Below, piece by piece: positions 20,104-30,835 of a DNA stretch of 64,000 nt. Each line of letters opens with the position of its first letter. Within the stretch, counting starts at the first letter, position 1. A program made the position numbers and the translations under genes. Below the pieces are notes generated by a model, which worked only from the letters and a program-made list of their open reading frames with translations, was not told the DNA's origin and made no database searches. The DNA comes from Candidatus Thorarchaeota archaeon (lineage in GTDB: Archaea; Asgardarchaeota; Thorarchaeia; Thorarchaeales; Thorarchaeaceae), in the NCBI GenBank assembly GCA_048882045.1, contig JBHLRZ010000003.1:96001-160000 (forward strand), read 5' to 3'.

Positions 20104-21364
20104 GACCATACGTTGTTTCGATAAACTCCCTGAGGCGTTCATGTCTGGGTCTCAGGAGAGGTTTATCATTAAGATTCGCACCAGATTCGACTCGTTCCAG
20201 TATTTCGTATCCGAGTCTTGCACCCATTCTAGAAGAGATGACCTGTCCTCCAATCAACTGTCCCTTCTCAGTCGAAACTAAGGCGACCTTCGCGAATTCA
20301 GTTGAGTCCTCCCAATACTCCACCTTTGTCTTAATTCCTAATGCATTTGCACTTACCGTTGAGTGACCAACCACAATGATATCAGTCTTGAAGAGATGAT
20401 CGTACTGAAGTCTCCGAATAGTATTGTCATAAATCTTGGACCCACCCGCTGCAATGACTCCAGCCTGACGACCAGCTCGTGCTGCTACACTCGCTATTGG
20501 TAAAAGGAACGGGTTTTTTGCAAATGGGTCTTTCAATTCGACACAGTCTCCTACTGCAAACACGTCTTCAACTGATGTCATCATCTTCTCATCGATAACA
20601 ATCCCACCCAACTTGCCTAATTTCAAACCGAGTACCTCCGCCAGTTTTGTGTTTGGCCGGACTCCTGTCATAAATAGGACTGCATCAGTTTCGTAGGGGA
20701 TACCATCGAGAAGTAACCTCTCAACCTTCTTTTCACCCTCAACTGCTGTTGGTGACACTCCAAGGTGGACTTTCAACCTATCTGAGAGTCGAGAAAGAAG
20801 CTCCTTACTCATCGATTCTTCAAGCTGCTTTCGCATCAGTCTTGATCGAACAACAAGATGAACCTCTTTGCCAAGTGCCAGCAGTCTTTCAGCTGTTTCG
20901 AGACCGCTAAAGCCAGCACCAACAACCATGATGCATCTCATGTCAGAGAGCTTGTTTCCAATTTTGCTAGTGTCGGCCATGGTCTGAATTGTGTGTACTC
21001 CTTTCAAATCAGTTCCAGGAATCGAAGGAACAGCAGGGATTCCTCCAGTAGCGAGAATAAGTTTGTCATATTCCAAAGTCTTGAATCCATCCAATTCTAG
21101 TGTCTTCTTCTTGGAATCTCCCCCTGTTACTATTGTGCCTGAGAGGATCTCGATTCGATTCTTCTTCAGTGCTTTAAATGACCAGTCCTCAATTTTCAGA
21201 TCATCTGTGTCAGGATATTCTAAAGCCATTGCAGCACCAGGTTTTCGATGAGCCTCGATTGTTTCCTCAGTAATTATCTTGATGTCAGCCTCTGAGTTAA
21301 ACATCCTAGCAGTGAGTGCTGCAGCGGCACCCCCAGGCCCATATCCAACAATAACAATTTTCAT
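20093..21364 (-). CDS. FAD-dependent pyridine nucleotide-disulfide oxidoreductase family (NADH oxidase/rubredoxin reductase-like)
   Basis: GYGPGG, LILATGG, GAGFSGLE, TSVEDVFAVGDC; ATGA overlap with the upstream S8 stop. Confidence 0.88.
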   Translation of the reverse strand: MKIVIVGYGPGGAAAALTARMFNSEADIKIITEETIEAHRKPGAAMALEYPDTDDLKIEDWSFKALKKNRIEILSGTIVTGGDSKKKTLELDGFKTLEYDKLILATGGIPAVPSIPGTDLKGVHTIQTMADTSKIGNKLSDMRCIMVVGAGFSGLETAERLLALGKEVHLVVRSRLMRKQLEESMSKELLSRLSDRLKVHLGVSPTAVEGEKKVERLLLDGIPYETDAVLFMTGVRPNTKLAEVLGLKLGKLGGIVIDEKMMTSVEDVFAVGDCVELKDPFAKNPFLLPIASVAARAGRQAGVIAAGGSKIYDNTIRRLQYDHLFKTDIIVVGHSTVSANALGIKTKVEYWEDSTEFAKVALVSTEKGQLIGGQVISSRMGARLGYEILERVESGANLNDKPLLRPRHERLREFIETTYGPIR

Positions 21365-24300
21365 TCTACTTTGCCTCTTCGACGTTGTATTATTACGTAT
21401 GCACACACACCTACAACCAATGCGACGGCACCTAATGTCACTATCGTATAATCCTGAACTATTGTAAGAGTTGCAAAAAGTAGTTCAGTACCAGGAAGAT
21501 CTAGCCCTAAGGCAACTGCATAGACCTCATGTGAACCAAGTTGGAAGTAGCTGGAAGGGTAATCAAAGTTGTACACGCCAGTACCACTACTTAGACTGAG
21601 ATTGAGCCAAGAACCAGTTTCTGATTCAAACGCTATATACACGAGAGTAGCCAAAACAAATCCTTCAAGAATCAGCTCTCCTGAAACACGGTCGCTCATG
21701 AAAAGTCCTACCCTCACAATTTCATGGTCAAGACTAGCACTAGTGAAGATCAAATTAGGTCCGATCTGAGTAGAAAGTATTAGAGGCGGAAGGACAACGT
21801 TAAGCGCTTCGGATGTTATGTTGAACAGAAGACTGTTGACATATTCTGACCCGACTAACTCTGGAGGGACAGTTACAGTTAATGCACTCGCTCCAGTCCG
21901 AGAAGAAGAGTTCAAGACATTTAATGGACCATCAACAATATTCCAAAAGGTCGTGACGAGTCCGATTGGTGTGTCTCTGTCTGTCAATTCAACACCAACT
22001 ATGAATGACCCATCTGTAAATTCAATGGTCATGGTACTCATCATTGGACGGAGAAAGTCTACTAGCGTTCCAGGTCCAGCCTGGTCAGCATTTGCGAGAG
22101 TAGTATTATGTGTCGACGCTGAGATATCACCTCGAGTTCCGGTGGGGACACCATCAATCCTCACGATGACTACAGTTTCATTCACCCACCATGATGCAGT
22201 AAGGGATGAGGGATAGTATGAACTTCCTCCCCACTCGAATACCTCAGAAACACCTCCGGTGATATTGACCAGGTAATCAGCTCCGTTTTGTCCAGTTCCA
22301 GGATTTGAGTCTGAATCCCAGCCAATACTGAGAACATTAGATCCAGAGTAATTTGGGATTCCTCTTGAAACCACAGCAAGACCAACTGTGTTTCCGTCGA
22401 TGAATGCCTGGGCAGATGTTATGTCAAGACCTCCCTCTAATGAGAGGTCATCAGGATCTGTAAACAGGTCTGGAATGCCAACCCAGTTTGAGGAGGGTGA
22501 AGCATCAGCTGCTGGAGACTCTAGAACATGTCTGACCGAATGGAGCGCATCCACAAGTCCGTAACCCCAACTACTGGATGCAGAATCATAGTGTATCATG
22601 CTTGCCCCCGCTCCATCGACAAGTGCGGAGTAGTCTTGCCAAGCAGACGATTCACCAGATGCCTGTCGAATCAACGCCATAGCACCAGAAACATGGGGTG
22701 TGGCCATACTGGTCCCATCCTTTCGCACCCATAGAGTTGGCATGATAGAGGACGATGCAGCACGTATGTTATATCCTGGAGCCGCAATAGTCGGTTTCGG
22801 AACACCATCAACCCTTGGACCTTTGCTTGAAGACGAGAGTATGCTAGAGCTAGATTCGCTAAAGGCTGCTACCGTGATTGCCAAATCAGCAGTACCAGGA
22901 GAGCTTATCGTCCGACCTGAGTCAATATTACTGGAAACTCTCATGTTGGTTGTATCCCATTGTCCATCCCACGTATACGCGTCTATCCAAACTGACTCGC
23001 CAGATGGATTGTCGACGGTCATAGTCCATGAACCATCAGCCCAAGTGTGGTCCTGAGCTGAGACCTGGATAATTAGGTTGTTGAGTCCCTTTGCACTTAT
23101 GTCAGTGAAGGCATATGCTTTGAGTTCATTCTCTACGAGTTCCCAAGATCTGTGTGGATTGAGGGAGAACTGTCCGAGGTCGATGTCAACTCCCGTTGGA
23201 GTTGTGAGTATTATCCGTTCATCTCTGTCTGATGAATGCCAGAGTAGATTTAGGAATGAATAATCTGGTGCATTGTTGACATTGAAAGTTGCAGATCCAT
23301 TGTTTCCTGAGGGGGATAGAAACCGAGCATGTTTATTCTTGTCACCTAAATTCCCAGCAGCTGTAACTGAAACCACACCATGTCTGAGGAAAGCCTCACT
23401 TACAGCAAGGTCCTCGATGTCAGTCCCATCAAGAAATCCGAGATACGAAGAAAATGACATATTAATGATGTCAGCATCATTCTCCACAGCAAAGCTGATT
23501 CCATCCAGAATGTCTGCAGACTGGAGGTCGCTTTTGATTACTATGAGATCTGCACCAGGCGCAACGCCCACATAAGAAGTGAATCCAATCTGACCTCCTG
23601 CTACTACAGATGCTACATGAGTTCCATGACCATGAGGATCGATAATCGAAGCACCCAATGTAAGGTTTACACCCCGAACATAGACTCGTGATTCTGGTTG
23701 GTCATAGAGAATTACTACTTTGCTCACATCAAGTAGAACCACATCCTCTACTCCTAGCGTGATCACACTATCATCATTCGCGTCTATTCCGCCTAGCCAA
23801 CGATCTCCAGACATGAAGCTAAAGCCAGAAATGCCATCGACGTTCATATACATATAGTCAGCAGAGTATGCCACAGTTGCACCTACAAGACCGTTAACTG
23901 ACTCAATTGGTCCTTCATTGGCATCTGCAATTGAGTCATCGTCAAGATCGACATAGTAGTTCCCACTATCCTCGATAGTATGATATTGACCAGCAGACTG
24001 TCTCCAAAAGCTCGGATGCATCCATGATATACCGGTATCAAGTATTGCTACTTTAACTCCTGTGCCATCAACTGAAGTTCCATCCAACTTGATGTTGTTC
24101 CAGACATCATCAGCATTCATGGTAGGAACTGATGATGTGATTGATGGTACAAACTGCTTGGTGCCAGATGTTGCTCTAACAAGACCCAAGTCTTCGAGTG
24201 CATAAAGATCACTAATCTGAGATACTTTGGCAGAGTAGATTCTACCAACATTGACAATCGTTGAACCTCTTCTTGTAAATGATACACCAAGAGCCTCAAC

Positions 24301-24510
24301 ATGCTTAATCTGGGATGAAGTGAGTTCCTCCCTAAATTCAAGTAGCGCAGTTGATTCCGTTCCAGAGTTTTGCATTTCTATCCTTAAGCGTGGTTCGATT
24401 AGAGGAGTCGACTCGCCAACTGGATTAATAACAATCTTGGTGGCTATTGTGGTTGGAACAACAAATCCTGGTATTAATAGGACCAGTAGAATCAGATAGC
24501 GTCTATACAT
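21361..24510 (-). CDS. membrane-anchored S8 serine protease
   Basis: LDTG / HGHGTHVAS / AAGN / GTSMATPHV; DxDxD-rich insert; C-terminal TM plus RRRGK. Confidence 0.92.
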   Translation of the reverse strand: MYRRYLILLVLLIPGFVVPTTIATKIVINPVGESTPLIEPRLRIEMQNSGTESTALLEFREELTSSQIKHVEALGVSFTRRGSTIVNVGRIYSAKVSQISDLYALEDLGLVRATSGTKQFVPSITSSVPTMNADDVWNNIKLDGTSVDGTGVKVAILDTGISWMHPSFWRQSAGQYHTIEDSGNYYVDLDDDSIADANEGPIESVNGLVGATVAYSADYMYMNVDGISGFSFMSGDRWLGGIDANDDSVITLGVEDVVLLDVSKVVILYDQPESRVYVRGVNLTLGASIIDPHGHGTHVASVVAGGQIGFTSYVGVAPGADLIVIKSDLQSADILDGISFAVENDADIINMSFSSYLGFLDGTDIEDLAVSEAFLRHGVVSVTAAGNLGDKNKHARFLSPSGNNGSATFNVNNAPDYSFLNLLWHSSDRDERIILTTPTGVDIDLGQFSLNPHRSWELVENELKAYAFTDISAKGLNNLIIQVSAQDHTWADGSWTMTVDNPSGESVWIDAYTWDGQWDTTNMRVSSNIDSGRTISSPGTADLAITVAAFSESSSSILSSSSKGPRVDGVPKPTIAAPGYNIRAASSSIMPTLWVRKDGTSMATPHVSGAMALIRQASGESSAWQDYSALVDGAGASMIHYDSASSSWGYGLVDALHSVRHVLESPAADASPSSNWVGIPDLFTDPDDLSLEGGLDITSAQAFIDGNTVGLAVVSRGIPNYSGSNVLSIGWDSDSNPGTGQNGADYLVNITGGVSEVFEWGGSSYYPSSLTASWWVNETVVIVRIDGVPTGTRGDISASTHNTTLANADQAGPGTLVDFLRPMMSTMTIEFTDGSFIVGVELTDRDTPIGLVTTFWNIVDGPLNVLNSSSRTGASALTVTVPPELVGSEYVNSLLFNITSEALNVVLPPLILSTQIGPNLIFTSASLDHEIVRVGLFMSDRVSGELILEGFVLATLVYIAFESETGSWLNLSLSSGTGVYNFDYPSSYFQLGSHEVYAVALGLDLPGTELLFATLTIVQDYTIVTLGAVALVVGVCAYVIIQRRRGKVE

Positions 24511-24627
24511 TAGAGTCCCTCTGGAATGTGGCTATGTCGTCCTATATGTTGAACTGATATGCATTTCTGTTAAGTACTCGATATAACCGGAACAGCCAAT
24601 ACCGTTCGAAACCTGCAGTCGGTAAGC

Positions 24628-26667
24628 GTGGAGATTTTGAGTAGGAAAAGTGTGCCCCCTGAATTTACTAGCCTTCTTGAGGACGAGGAGATACCTTGGG
24701 ACGAGATTATTGAAACGACAAGAATACGTTACAAGAAGAAGGTCAAACTCATCGAGGCTTTCACAGACACTGTTGTTGAACTTGCTACTAGAGAGAGTAT
24801 GAAGTCAAATCCACGGTTAGGAGTGCTAGTTCTTGGTCTTCATGCATGTCTTGTCAGAGGTCGATTAGCTGAGGCGCTTTTCCTTTCGAACGATTCTGAA
24901 GATATTAGAGTGCAAAGCCTTCGAGCGATTGTCCTGTTTGTACTAGCTGAAGCTGAGACCCTAAGGAAACTTGTGACAGATATGGAATCAAGAGTAGAAG
25001 AATCCTCTGCGCCTGCAGACCGGGTGAGACTAAGTACAGCTAAGGTTCTTGCCTCAGCTGCTGAAAGAGACACAAGTGTTGTTGTAAGCATCATAGAGTT
25101 TGACAACCTCCTCGAGCAGAATCCGGAACAGATAGAAGAGCCCCTCATTGAAACTATGTTCACACTTTATGTTGTTGGAACTCTCCTGAGAGAGATTGGT
25201 CAGAGTCTTAGAGCAGCTAGAATAGCTGATACACTGGAGGACATGATCAAGCCTACGAAGCATAGGATGTTTCAGGCTCTTGTAGAGAACCTCAGAGGAC
25301 ATATCGCCAATCTACAAGGAGACTTCAGAAAGGCCGAAGAACACTATCTTGAATTACACAAGATAAGTGAAGAGCTGTCGTTCGAGCTTGGTATCGCGAT
25401 GGCTCTGAATAATCTGGGAACTCTGAGAATTAACTCGTTGAAATTTGAGGAAGCATTGGAATACTTCAAGAGCTCACTAGAATTGATGCAGGTAGAGTCT
25501 GGCAAGATAGTTAGCTTGGCAAACCTTGGGGAGATATCAACTATTCTGAGTCGGCAAAAAGAAGCTGAGGATTATCTCAAAGAGGGTATTCGGCTTGATA
25601 AGAAACTCCAAAGAGGAACGATTGAGGTCTACTCTTGGTACTGTGTTCTACTCTCTAGAACAGGTCGCATAAAGGAATCCAATAAACAGCTTGAAATTGC
25701 AGAAGAGATTTGGAAAACTACAGAGAGACCATTACAGAAGGGAGCCTACCTTTTTGCGAAAGGGATTCATGAGTCATCAAACAACAATCTTGACCTAGCG
25801 ATTGACACTTTCGAGGAACTACTAGTGCTTGCAAAGGACAATGCATTATTCGAGTTTCTAGTGCGTGCCGAGCTTGAGCTGGCATCCACGTATGTCAAAG
25901 CCTATATGCAGTCCGAAGCTCCAGAGCACATCTCGAGAGCTGCCTACCATCTGAACGACCTTATCCACATATCAAACGAGCAAGGTCTTCAAACTCTCTA
26001 TGCAGAAGCCCTCCTGATCAGGAGTGATATGTATGCACTTGCTAGCCAGAGATTAGAAGCAAAGACCGATCTTGAGAAGGTAATCAGTCTATCCTCAACC
26101 TTAGATGACACACGATTAGAGAAAAAGGCACGTTCAAAACTCAAGATTGTCAGTTCAGAGGATATAGCACCACTCAAACTGGAACGCTCAGAACTTACAA
26201 AGTCATTAGATCGATTGACCGGTTTCAAACCAGCTGCTGGAAGACTGAAGGAGATACCAACTCCAAATCTGCATTCATTGATTGTTATTGATCGAGGATC
26301 AGGGCTTCCCATCTATGTATACCATTTCGACTCAACACTGGAGATGGATAGTTCCATGATTGGGGGTTTCATTTCAGCAATCACTGCTTTCTCCGACGAA
26401 CTACTGGGTGACAAAGCCTTGCTGAGATCAATAAACCACGAAGGATTTACTGTGATGATGGAGTATTCACCTGAAAGGGTAGTGACACTCATTGCTGATC
26501 AAGAAACTTTCGATGTCAGGTACATGCTCAGGACGTTTGGACAAAAATTCAACATTACGTATCCAATGGAGATAACAACTCGAGGTGTCGATCCGACTGA
26601 ATTCAAAGATGCTGAAATATTGGTCAAGAAGGTATTCTCCGAAACTGGACTTTCCCAAGATTGGTGA
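24628..26667 (+). CDS. TPR-repeat protein with C-terminal longin-like domain
   Basis: ALNNLG/SLANLG TPR units; C-terminal SGLPIY..MIGGFISAITAFSDEL..LRSINHEG longin/roadblock-like signature. Confidence 0.8.
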   Translation: MEILSRKSVPPEFTSLLEDEEIPWDEIIETTRIRYKKKVKLIEAFTDTVVELATRESMKSNPRLGVLVLGLHACLVRGRLAEALFLSNDSEDIRVQSLRAIVLFVLAEAETLRKLVTDMESRVEESSAPADRVRLSTAKVLASAAERDTSVVVSIIEFDNLLEQNPEQIEEPLIETMFTLYVVGTLLREIGQSLRAARIADTLEDMIKPTKHRMFQALVENLRGHIANLQGDFRKAEEHYLELHKISEELSFELGIAMALNNLGTLRINSLKFEEALEYFKSSLELMQVESGKIVSLANLGEISTILSRQKEAEDYLKEGIRLDKKLQRGTIEVYSWYCVLLSRTGRIKESNKQLEIAEEIWKTTERPLQKGAYLFAKGIHESSNNNLDLAIDTFEELLVLAKDNALFEFLVRAELELASTYVKAYMQSEAPEHISRAAYHLNDLIHISNEQGLQTLYAEALLIRSDMYALASQRLEAKTDLEKVISLSSTLDDTRLEKKARSKLKIVSSEDIAPLKLERSELTKSLDRLTGFKPAAGRLKEIPTPNLHSLIVIDRGSGLPIYVYHFDSTLEMDSSMIGGFISAITAFSDELLGDKALLRSINHEGFTVMMEYSPERVVTLIADQETFDVRYMLRTFGQKFNITYPMEITTRGVDPTEFKDAEILVKKVFSETGLSQDW

Positions 26668-26707
26668 TAGGCCTTATAACTACTAAAATGGAACAGGACC
26701 CAATATC

Positions 26708-28372
26708 ATGACAACTCCTGAAGAGATTCTCAATATCCTGAACATAGGCGAGAATCGTAACACTGAATTCAAGCGGAAACTCACAAGAGCTGACCTGAAG
26801 ACTGACAGGAAACAGAAGCTAGTCACTCGCATTCGCTACATGACCTGTGAGAATCCATTCGAGGGAGTTTTTCTTATTGGAATCGAAGATATCGGAGGTA
26901 AAGAGTGGAAGATACATGGAATCTCAGAGAATTCGCTGAAGACCTCGGTGCGTATTCTGACAGAGTTGTGTGAAGAGGCGTCTGTAGAGATTGTCGAGGA
27001 AGAACAAGTCGAAACACCTCAGGGAATGGTGGGCATCTATCTACTCAAACGACTAGCAACGGAGGAGGTAAAGGAAACATGTTCTATCAACGTGGCGGGA
27101 AGGGTAAACTCGGGAAAGTCAAGCCTCATTGGTGCACTTGTGACAGGAAAACCCGACAATGGGAGCGGAAGTGCTAGGTCGTTTCTTCTCACTCATCCAC
27201 AAGAAATCACGCGTGGTCAGACAGCTGACATCCATCTCGCCTTCATGGGATTTGATGCTGAAGGAGGGACAATCTACCCAGACAATCCTCTCAGTAAGGA
27301 AGAGTCAGCAAGAGTCCTTGACCAGTCTGTAAAGGTGATTACATTCTTCGACGCACCAGGTCACAAGGAATACAGCAAGACAATGATCCGTTCAATCTTA
27401 GGAGCTGATGCGCAATATGGTCTTGTACTTATTCCTGGACCGGAGGAAGCGAATCTGATTCGTCAAGAAGAAAAGAACTTCGGCATACCACGCTTGGATG
27501 AAATCACTCGTGAACATATCATCCTGATGTCAAGCCAGAACGCACCATTCATAGTAGTGATATCGAAGATTGACAAGACAAGTCCGGATGACCTGGAACT
27601 TGTGAAAAATGTAGTGAGGAAGAGTCTGAAGGATGTAGGACGAATCCCGGTTTCTGTCCGCGGTGAAGAGGAAATTCCTCCTGTTGTGAGGGAACTAGGC
27701 AATCAGGTCATTGTGCCAATACTTCAGACATCTGCGCTTGAGCCATCATCATTGGAACTCCTCACGTACCTCCTAAGGAGTCTACCATCCAATTCAAAAC
27801 ACTCAGCCTTAGAGGAACCAGCTCGCGCCTATATCGATAAGGTGTACAGAGGAATCAAAGGCACAAATGTCGTTGTGACTGGAACCGTCAAGGCGGGGGT
27901 TTTCAAGAAGGGACAGACCCTAAGGGTTGGACCTGACACAGGAAACAACTTCTTTGATGGCCGTTTGTTCAGTATTGAGATGTTCAAGAAAAGGATCAAC
28001 ACCGTCAGAGCTGGAGACTTGTTTGGATTTGACATTAAAGACGTAGACAAGCATCTCATTCGGAGAGGGCAAATGATCACAGATCCCGATGAAGAATTCA
28101 ACGGATGTAAGACTTTCGAGGCAAACATCGTAGTAACACGACACCCAACCAAGATTGCAGTTGGCTATTCACCAGTCCTTCAATGTCACACTGTCCAGCA
28201 AACGGTTGTTTTGAAGAAGATCTATGATGCAGACTATTTGAGTGTCGGAGATTTTGCTAGGGTTCGACTTGAGTTCATGATGACACCCGAGGCTGTTGCA
28301 GAGGGTGATAAGATTGTGTTACGAGAAGCAAACACAAGGGCAATAGGAACCATTGTAGAAATCCTCAGATAG
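26708..28372 (+). CDS. translational GTPase, GTPBP1/aGPBP family
   Basis: N-terminal GENRNTEFKRKL domain; G1 GRVNSGKS, G2 RGQT, G3 DAPGH, G4 SKID; EF-Tu-like domains II and III. Confidence 0.88.
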   Translation: MTTPEEILNILNIGENRNTEFKRKLTRADLKTDRKQKLVTRIRYMTCENPFEGVFLIGIEDIGGKEWKIHGISENSLKTSVRILTELCEEASVEIVEEEQVETPQGMVGIYLLKRLATEEVKETCSINVAGRVNSGKSSLIGALVTGKPDNGSGSARSFLLTHPQEITRGQTADIHLAFMGFDAEGGTIYPDNPLSKEESARVLDQSVKVITFFDAPGHKEYSKTMIRSILGADAQYGLVLIPGPEEANLIRQEEKNFGIPRLDEITREHIILMSSQNAPFIVVISKIDKTSPDDLELVKNVVRKSLKDVGRIPVSVRGEEEIPPVVRELGNQVIVPILQTSALEPSSLELLTYLLRSLPSNSKHSALEEPARAYIDKVYRGIKGTNVVVTGTVKAGVFKKGQTLRVGPDTGNNFFDGRLFSIEMFKKRINTVRAGDLFGFDIKDVDKHLIRRGQMITDPDEEFNGCKTFEANIVVTRHPTKIAVGYSPVLQCHTVQQTVVLKKIYDADYLSVGDFARVRLEFMMTPEAVAEGDKIVLREANTRAIGTIVEILR

Positions 28373-30059
28373 CACCCTCACTCCAAGTGAAAACCGTTTC
28401 ATCATATGAGAAGGATTGTTCATCACGCAGTATATTTCTAGGAGAACTGATTGATCGAACTAGCCAGAGTGATGGACCATTCTCATTCATTGTTTGAATA
28501 AGGGTGTTCTTCCAACTATTTGGAGCAGACACAACTGCTGTGGCTTCAGAATCTGTAGAAATGACTGTTCCTTCAAGACAGCAGGACCTTACAATGTCCA
28601 TGATAGCATTGTGCTCTCCTTGGAGTAAGAAGTCGGGATTCACACCGATGTGATTGAAGCTGGGCCACAGCGCGATCTGCCCTTTCTTCAGTAGACTATC
28701 AATTACTTGTGGAGAACCAACCAGCGTGTTTGCTAGCACCTCAAGGCTTCCGGAAGCCAATCGCTCCAAGACTGCGAGTTCTGCAGAGTTCAACTGTCTG
28801 TCTGTGAATTCGATTCGACCCACAAATGTCGATGGAGAAATGGTCGAAACTCCCAATTGAGATAATGCTGTTCTGATGATGTCCTTTCCATGAGGTATGA
28901 GACCACCAGCAGATGGGTACACATCCTCAAGATTCAGCCAGTAGTCAATTGAATTGATAGCATCTCCGTTTACATCAGCCACAGAAAACCTCTGGATTTT
29001 TTGATCTTGAATATACTCTATTTCGAGCCAAGATTTCTCATCCGATTCAGTACAAGATAGGGTCAAAGTAGTACCAAGTGGAGTGGGGTCACAAATGACT
29101 CGCGGAGCAAGATGAATCGATTCCATGACATGGCGGCGATTCTCTAGTTTTCGGGGTTTAAGCAATGTTCCACAGAATCCTCTAATCGTATGATAATCCT
29201 CAGTTCCTAGAGTGATGTGAGTCCCATGATGAATGACATCAATTGCTCGAATCCATTCTTGATTAGAAAAGTTCTGAGAAGATTCTCGAAGAAGAGATAG
29301 GATTCTGCTGAACCCGGAGCTTGAGTAACTCTGAGCATGTGTAATAATGTGGTTCATAATAGGGATAGATTCACTGTTTGTGCTCTTCTTTCTCCACTGT
29401 TCGAGGAAAGGTTTCCTATCGGATTCTTTCAACAGGAATAATGCCATTCCATTCCCGACTATATTTGCCATCTCAAAGTTGGCTGTCTTATCTTCTAGAA
29501 GTGTCAAGAATGCAGCACGCGAGATGATGCCTTGAGCTGACTTATCTCCCATAGCAGATTCTTCAAACAGTAGTTCGCTGTTTTCTCCTAGCTGAACGCC
29601 AAACGAGTGACTCGAACTAATTTGTCGAGTACGTGTGATGAAGATATCTGGAAAAGGTGGTTCACCTGTTGCTAGAGCTCTAGAAATTCGTCGTATTGCC
29701 TTTGCCAACGAATCACGAAGATCCTGAGTGGCTTCAATACGCAACTCCTCAGGAGTCAGTTCTCTTGGTTTTTCAAATTTGGCTATGAGCTTTGAATCCC
29801 GTCGAATCTTACTGTAGATTTTGGTGTCTACATTCTCGCCTACAAGAATAGTACCTGCAGCATTGAAGAAATAGACACGAATTCTGTCTAGAGATACTAC
29901 TGCGACCAAGAATGTGATACCCTTGAGTTTCTTGAAGTGCTTACGCATTACAGATGTTTTCACCCTAAGAACTTCAACCATGGCAGCACCGGTTTCCTTG
30001 AACTGGCGCTCTCCAAAGGCAGCAATCTCTTTCGGGATCTCCCTGCTACTTTTCGCCAT
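28365..30059 (-). CDS. hypothetical protein
   Basis: 564-aa uninterrupted ORF, no recognised motif. Confidence 0.75.
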   Translation of the reverse strand: MAKSSREIPKEIAAFGERQFKETGAAMVEVLRVKTSVMRKHFKKLKGITFLVAVVSLDRIRVYFFNAAGTILVGENVDTKIYSKIRRDSKLIAKFEKPRELTPEELRIEATQDLRDSLAKAIRRISRALATGEPPFPDIFITRTRQISSSHSFGVQLGENSELLFEESAMGDKSAQGIISRAAFLTLLEDKTANFEMANIVGNGMALFLLKESDRKPFLEQWRKKSTNSESIPIMNHIITHAQSYSSSGFSRILSLLRESSQNFSNQEWIRAIDVIHHGTHITLGTEDYHTIRGFCGTLLKPRKLENRRHVMESIHLAPRVICDPTPLGTTLTLSCTESDEKSWLEIEYIQDQKIQRFSVADVNGDAINSIDYWLNLEDVYPSAGGLIPHGKDIIRTALSQLGVSTISPSTFVGRIEFTDRQLNSAELAVLERLASGSLEVLANTLVGSPQVIDSLLKKGQIALWPSFNHIGVNPDFLLQGEHNAIMDIVRSCCLEGTVISTDSEATAVVSAPNSWKNTLIQTMNENGPSLWLVRSISSPRNILRDEQSFSYDETVFTWSEGAI

Positions 30060-30158
30060 TGCAGTATCCCCACATCTTTCTGTGAAACCCTACTGATAAA
30101 CAACATGCCATATGCGACAGCCTTAACTCCTTTCATAATTCAATCTGAATGACAAAAC

Positions 30159-30314
30159 ATGCAATTCGATATGACAATGCTGATCATTTGGTGGGTCGTC
30201 CCAATTTTCCTACTTGTAGGTAGAGCGGCTCTGGCTGGTTACAGGGCTAAGAAGAAACGTGATGAACTAAGACGACTAGAGGAAAGCTCTACACCATTTA
30301 CAAGAAGAATCTAA
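30159..30314 (+). CDS. small single-TM protein (not in ORF track)
   Basis: MQFDMTMLIIWWVVPIFLLVGRAALAGYRAKKKRDELRRLEESSTPFTRRI*, 51 aa, fills the intergenic gap. Confidence 0.55.
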   Translation: MQFDMTMLIIWWVVPIFLLVGRAALAGYRAKKKRDELRRLEESSTPFTRRI

Positions 30315-30317
30315 TTA

Positions 30318-30800
30318 CTATGTTTCAACAGTTACTTCATCAGATTCATACATGGGCATGAGAATGTCTCGGGTTGGTGTTGTATTCATTACTACATCAA
30401 GTGTTTCGTCATTCCTCATCAGAATGCATCCCAAGAATTCGTACTCAAATTTGTCTAGCCGGATATTGACACCTCTCCTGGGAACCTGAGTCAGGAGAAG
30501 AATGATTGAGAAGTTACCTCGAGGAAGTTGATTCAAGATACCACGCTTCATGTCAGGTTCCAACTCACCTTCGAGCTGTTTGGTCATGACTCCCCTCTCA
30601 ATGAAGTTGTATCTGATTCTCTCGAAATCGCCACTCGAGCTCTTCTTTGGTCGGATGAAAGAGATGGAGTAGCCAAGTCGCTTCAGTGAGTTATATCCGA
30701 TTAATGTTCGAAATAGTGGTGGACTCAATCCTTCGAGTTCGACTTTTCTCAACTCCACAATTTCGCCATTTCGTCGTACCTTCAGGTTCATCTCAGTCAC
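30318..30800 (-). CDS. hypothetical protein
   Basis: 160-aa ORF co-oriented downstream of ogt. Confidence 0.7.
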   Translation of the reverse strand: MTEMNLKVRRNGEIVELRKVELEGLSPPLFRTLIGYNSLKRLGYSISFIRPKKSSSGDFERIRYNFIERGVMTKQLEGELEPDMKRGILNQLPRGNFSIILLLTQVPRRGVNIRLDKFEYEFLGCILMRNDETLDVVMNTTPTRDILMPMYESDEVTVET

Positions 30801-30835
30801 CGATCTAAACGGATCCCAATAGTAATACTAGCGTA

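Noticed and set aside
20093-21364. CoA-disulfide reductase or peroxide-forming NADH oxidase call
   Set aside because: The redox-active Cys motif is absent (reads AHRKPG), so only the family-level call is kept.
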